A stretch of DNA of 64,000 bases, from contig CAVWHX010000004.1 in the NCBI GenBank assembly GCA_963754925.1, positions 32,001 to 96,000 of the forward strand, read 5' to 3'. Position 1 is the first letter of the stretch; each line of letters starts with the position of its first letter. A model generated the notes under the pieces. That model was not told the DNA's origin. It did no database searches and saw nothing but the letters and a program-made list of their open reading frames with translations. This document shows positions 61,776 to 64,000 of this stretch, one piece after another. The translations under genes and the position numbers were made by a program. The DNA comes from an uncultured delta proteobacterium (GTDB taxonomy: Bacteria; Myxococcota; B64-G9).

Positions 61776-62009
61776 AGAATCTTTATTCTTGTTGTAGAGT
61801 GAAAGAACTTCTCCCCTCGAAAACCTGAATATTCCCTCAATTCTTTGATGCGTTGTGGAAACTTTGACCAGATGAAGTTACTAACTACTTGGTTTTATTT
61901 GTTTTTAAAACCTGCATCGCGAAATATCAATACGGCACGGCGATTGCTGGTTCTTCGGTATATCATTATGGTATATCATCAATAATCTGTCCCCGGAGGC
62001 GTAAAAGTT

Positions 62010-63227
62010 ATGAAAAAAACAATGGTGCTGGGAATTGTTTTGATCGTTTCGATATTGTGGCTTAGCTGCAAATCTACGAGCCCTCAGCCTCCTAAACATA
62101 GCCAAAACAACCTTTCGCTGATCGAATCTTCGAACCAGTTCGGATTCAAACTATTTACCGAAGTGATTGCCAAATCCGACGGCGGCAACGTGTTCATCTC
62201 ACCGCTTTCGGTCTCTATGGCGCTCGGGATGACCTACAAAGGATCGGCGGGAACTACTCAAGAGGCCATGAAAACAACCCTTGGGTTTGAGGGGTTCAGC
62301 GACCAACAGATCAATCAGGGTTATCGCACCTTAATCGACTACCTCACACTGCTCGATCCGAAGGTCAAAATAGAGATCGCCAACTCCATCTGGTACCGAA
62401 AGGATCTTGACGTTTTACAGGAGTTTATCGACCTCAACAAGACCTTCTTTGACGCAGTGGTATCGGCCCTAAACTTTAATGATCCGGGCGCCGCGGACAC
62501 CATCAACGCCTGGGTGAACGGAAAAACCCACGGCAAGATAGACAGCATCGTGGACAAACCCATCGATCCGACTCTGGTCATGTTCCTGATAAACGCCACC
62601 TACTTTAAAGGAGACTGGACCTACCAATTCGACAAAAGTAAGACCGCATCGGGCACCTTCCACACTCCTGCCGGAGACAAGACCGTGTCGATGATGAAAC
62701 TCCACGGCGACAAGCTGCCGTATCTGGCGACCGATAAATTCCAAGCCGTAGATCTCCCATACGGAAACGGGTCTTTTGCCATGGCTATTTTTGTGCCGAA
62801 GGAACGCCACAATATCGACGAGCTTGTCTCCATGCTAACTCCCGACAACTGGGCAACTTGGTCAGCGGGCTTCGTGAGAGAAGAGGGCGACGTATCCCTG
62901 CCGCGGTTTGAGCTGGAATACAACGCGAGCCTCAAAAAGGTGCTCATCGCGCTTGGGATGGCGATAGCCTTCAGCGACAGCCAAGCTGATTTCAGCCGCA
63001 TCCATTCCGACGGTGGGCTATCCATCAGCGACGTCAAGCACAAGACCTATGTAAAGGTTGATGAAGAAGGCACCGAGGCGGCGGCGGTCACTTCAGTAGG
63101 AATTCAATTTACTTCGTTGGCTCCACCATACTTTATCTTCCGGGTCGACCGGCCGTTTGTGATCGTGCTCCACGACAAAAAATCAAAGGCCTTGTTGTTC
63201 ATGGGCAAAATTACAGACCCGATTTAG
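62010..63227 (+). CDS. Serpin (lipoprotein)
   Basis: NVFISPLS, INAWV..KT.GKI, NA.YFKG.W, LPRF, DEEGTEAAAVT hinge, DRPF, LFMG.I.DP; lipobox-like LSC. Confidence 0.93.
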   Translation: MKKTMVLGIVLIVSILWLSCKSTSPQPPKHSQNNLSLIESSNQFGFKLFTEVIAKSDGGNVFISPLSVSMALGMTYKGSAGTTQEAMKTTLGFEGFSDQQINQGYRTLIDYLTLLDPKVKIEIANSIWYRKDLDVLQEFIDLNKTFFDAVVSALNFNDPGAADTINAWVNGKTHGKIDSIVDKPIDPTLVMFLINATYFKGDWTYQFDKSKTASGTFHTPAGDKTVSMMKLHGDKLPYLATDKFQAVDLPYGNGSFAMAIFVPKERHNIDELVSMLTPDNWATWSAGFVREEGDVSLPRFELEYNASLKKVLIALGMAIAFSDSQADFSRIHSDGGLSISDVKHKTYVKVDEEGTEAAAVTSVGIQFTSLAPPYFIFRVDRPFVIVLHDKKSKALLFMGKITDPI

Positions 63228-63263
63228 GGCAACGGCGCGGGGTTGCTCCTACCGCCATGGTAC

Positions 63264-64000
63264 CTAACAACTATCAGGAAGGGTAAAGGAGAAGGTGCTT
63301 CCTCTGCCGACCTCGGACTCGACCCAGATTTTCCCGCCCCAGCTTTCGACAATCCGCCGCACGATCGCCAATCCGACGCCGCTGTTTTCGAACTCGTCCT
63401 TGGTTTGCAGGGTTTGAAATATCTTGAAGATCCGCTCGTGATGCCGCGCGTCGATACCGGGACCGTTATCACTAACATACAATCGCCAAAAACCGTTTTC
63501 ACGCAGAGCGCCGATCTCGACTTCCCCTCGAGGCTTGTCGTTGAACTTCACCGCGTTGCCGATTAAGTTCTGAAAGACCTGACCCAAGCGCGTCGGATCG
63601 CCCACCACCTGCGGAAGCTTGGACTCCACCACGACCGAGACACGCTCCGGGGGCGAGAGCAGGTCAATGGTATACTCAACCATTTCGTTGAGATCGACGC
63701 AGATCCTCTGTTCGTCGACCCGTCCGATGCGCGAGTACTCGAGTACGCCGTCAATGAGCATGTGCATCCGTTTAACGCACCCGCCAAGAGCTCCAGGTGC
63801 TCCCGACCCTCCGGGCCTAGTTTGTCGGCGTAGTCAGAGGCCAAAATGTGTGCTAATGAGGAAACCGCTCGTAGGGGAGCCTTGAGATCGTGCGATACGA
63901 CGTGAGCAAATTCGGTGAGCTCGCGATTAGCTTTTTGAAGTTGCGCCACCAACTGGGCCTGCGCCAGCTCGGCCTGCTTGCGTGCGGCGATATTATTCAT
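63264..64000 (-). CDS. Sensor histidine kinase C-terminal part (frameshift near 63780; 5' end outside the window)
   Basis: SHDLKAPL H-box, NLIGNA.K, DNGPGI, G.GLAI, GSTF. Confidence 0.88.

Overview
Gene-dense chromosomal window (about 55-60% GC by eye) from a deltaproteobacterial/Myxococcota-like bacterium, inferred from a TIGR04551-type barrel, a TIGR02266-type PilZ protein and dapA-dapB-dapL. Many single-base frameshifts at or near short homopolymers (glnA, pqqD-like, glcD, etfB, folK, hsp20, kinase, FG-GAP gene) suggest an imperfectly polished long-read assembly. Contents in order: (1) cobalamin riboswitch and a btu uptake locus; (2) housekeeping genes (amrS, rlmE, glyA, pgi); (3) a metal-limitation-like trio of zinc-finger-less DksA, DtxR-family regulator and OprB/MnoP-type porin; (4) ettA; (5) a nitrogen locus with GSI and GSIII behind a sigma54 promoter and a divergent GAF-AAA+ activator; (6) MacAB-TolC and HicAB; (7) a candidate RiPP cluster at 36.5-44.4 kb; (8) etfBA-glcDF, dap/folK, hsp20 pair, pcnB, dtd, arfB-like, higBA, cytochrome P460-family, serpin and a histidine kinase. 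The top find is the RiPP-like cluster. It has a 48-aa precursor missing from the ORF track (41103-41249, YxKP leader motif), a PqqD/RRE protein with a histone-like tail, an HPr-kinase-like enzyme, a YydG/EpeE-like radical SAM (putative epimerase), an S24/S26-fold peptidase with Cys in place of the catalytic Ser, and an M1 aminopeptidase. No lasso cyclase is present. All family calls are from motif recognition by eye; no searches were run.
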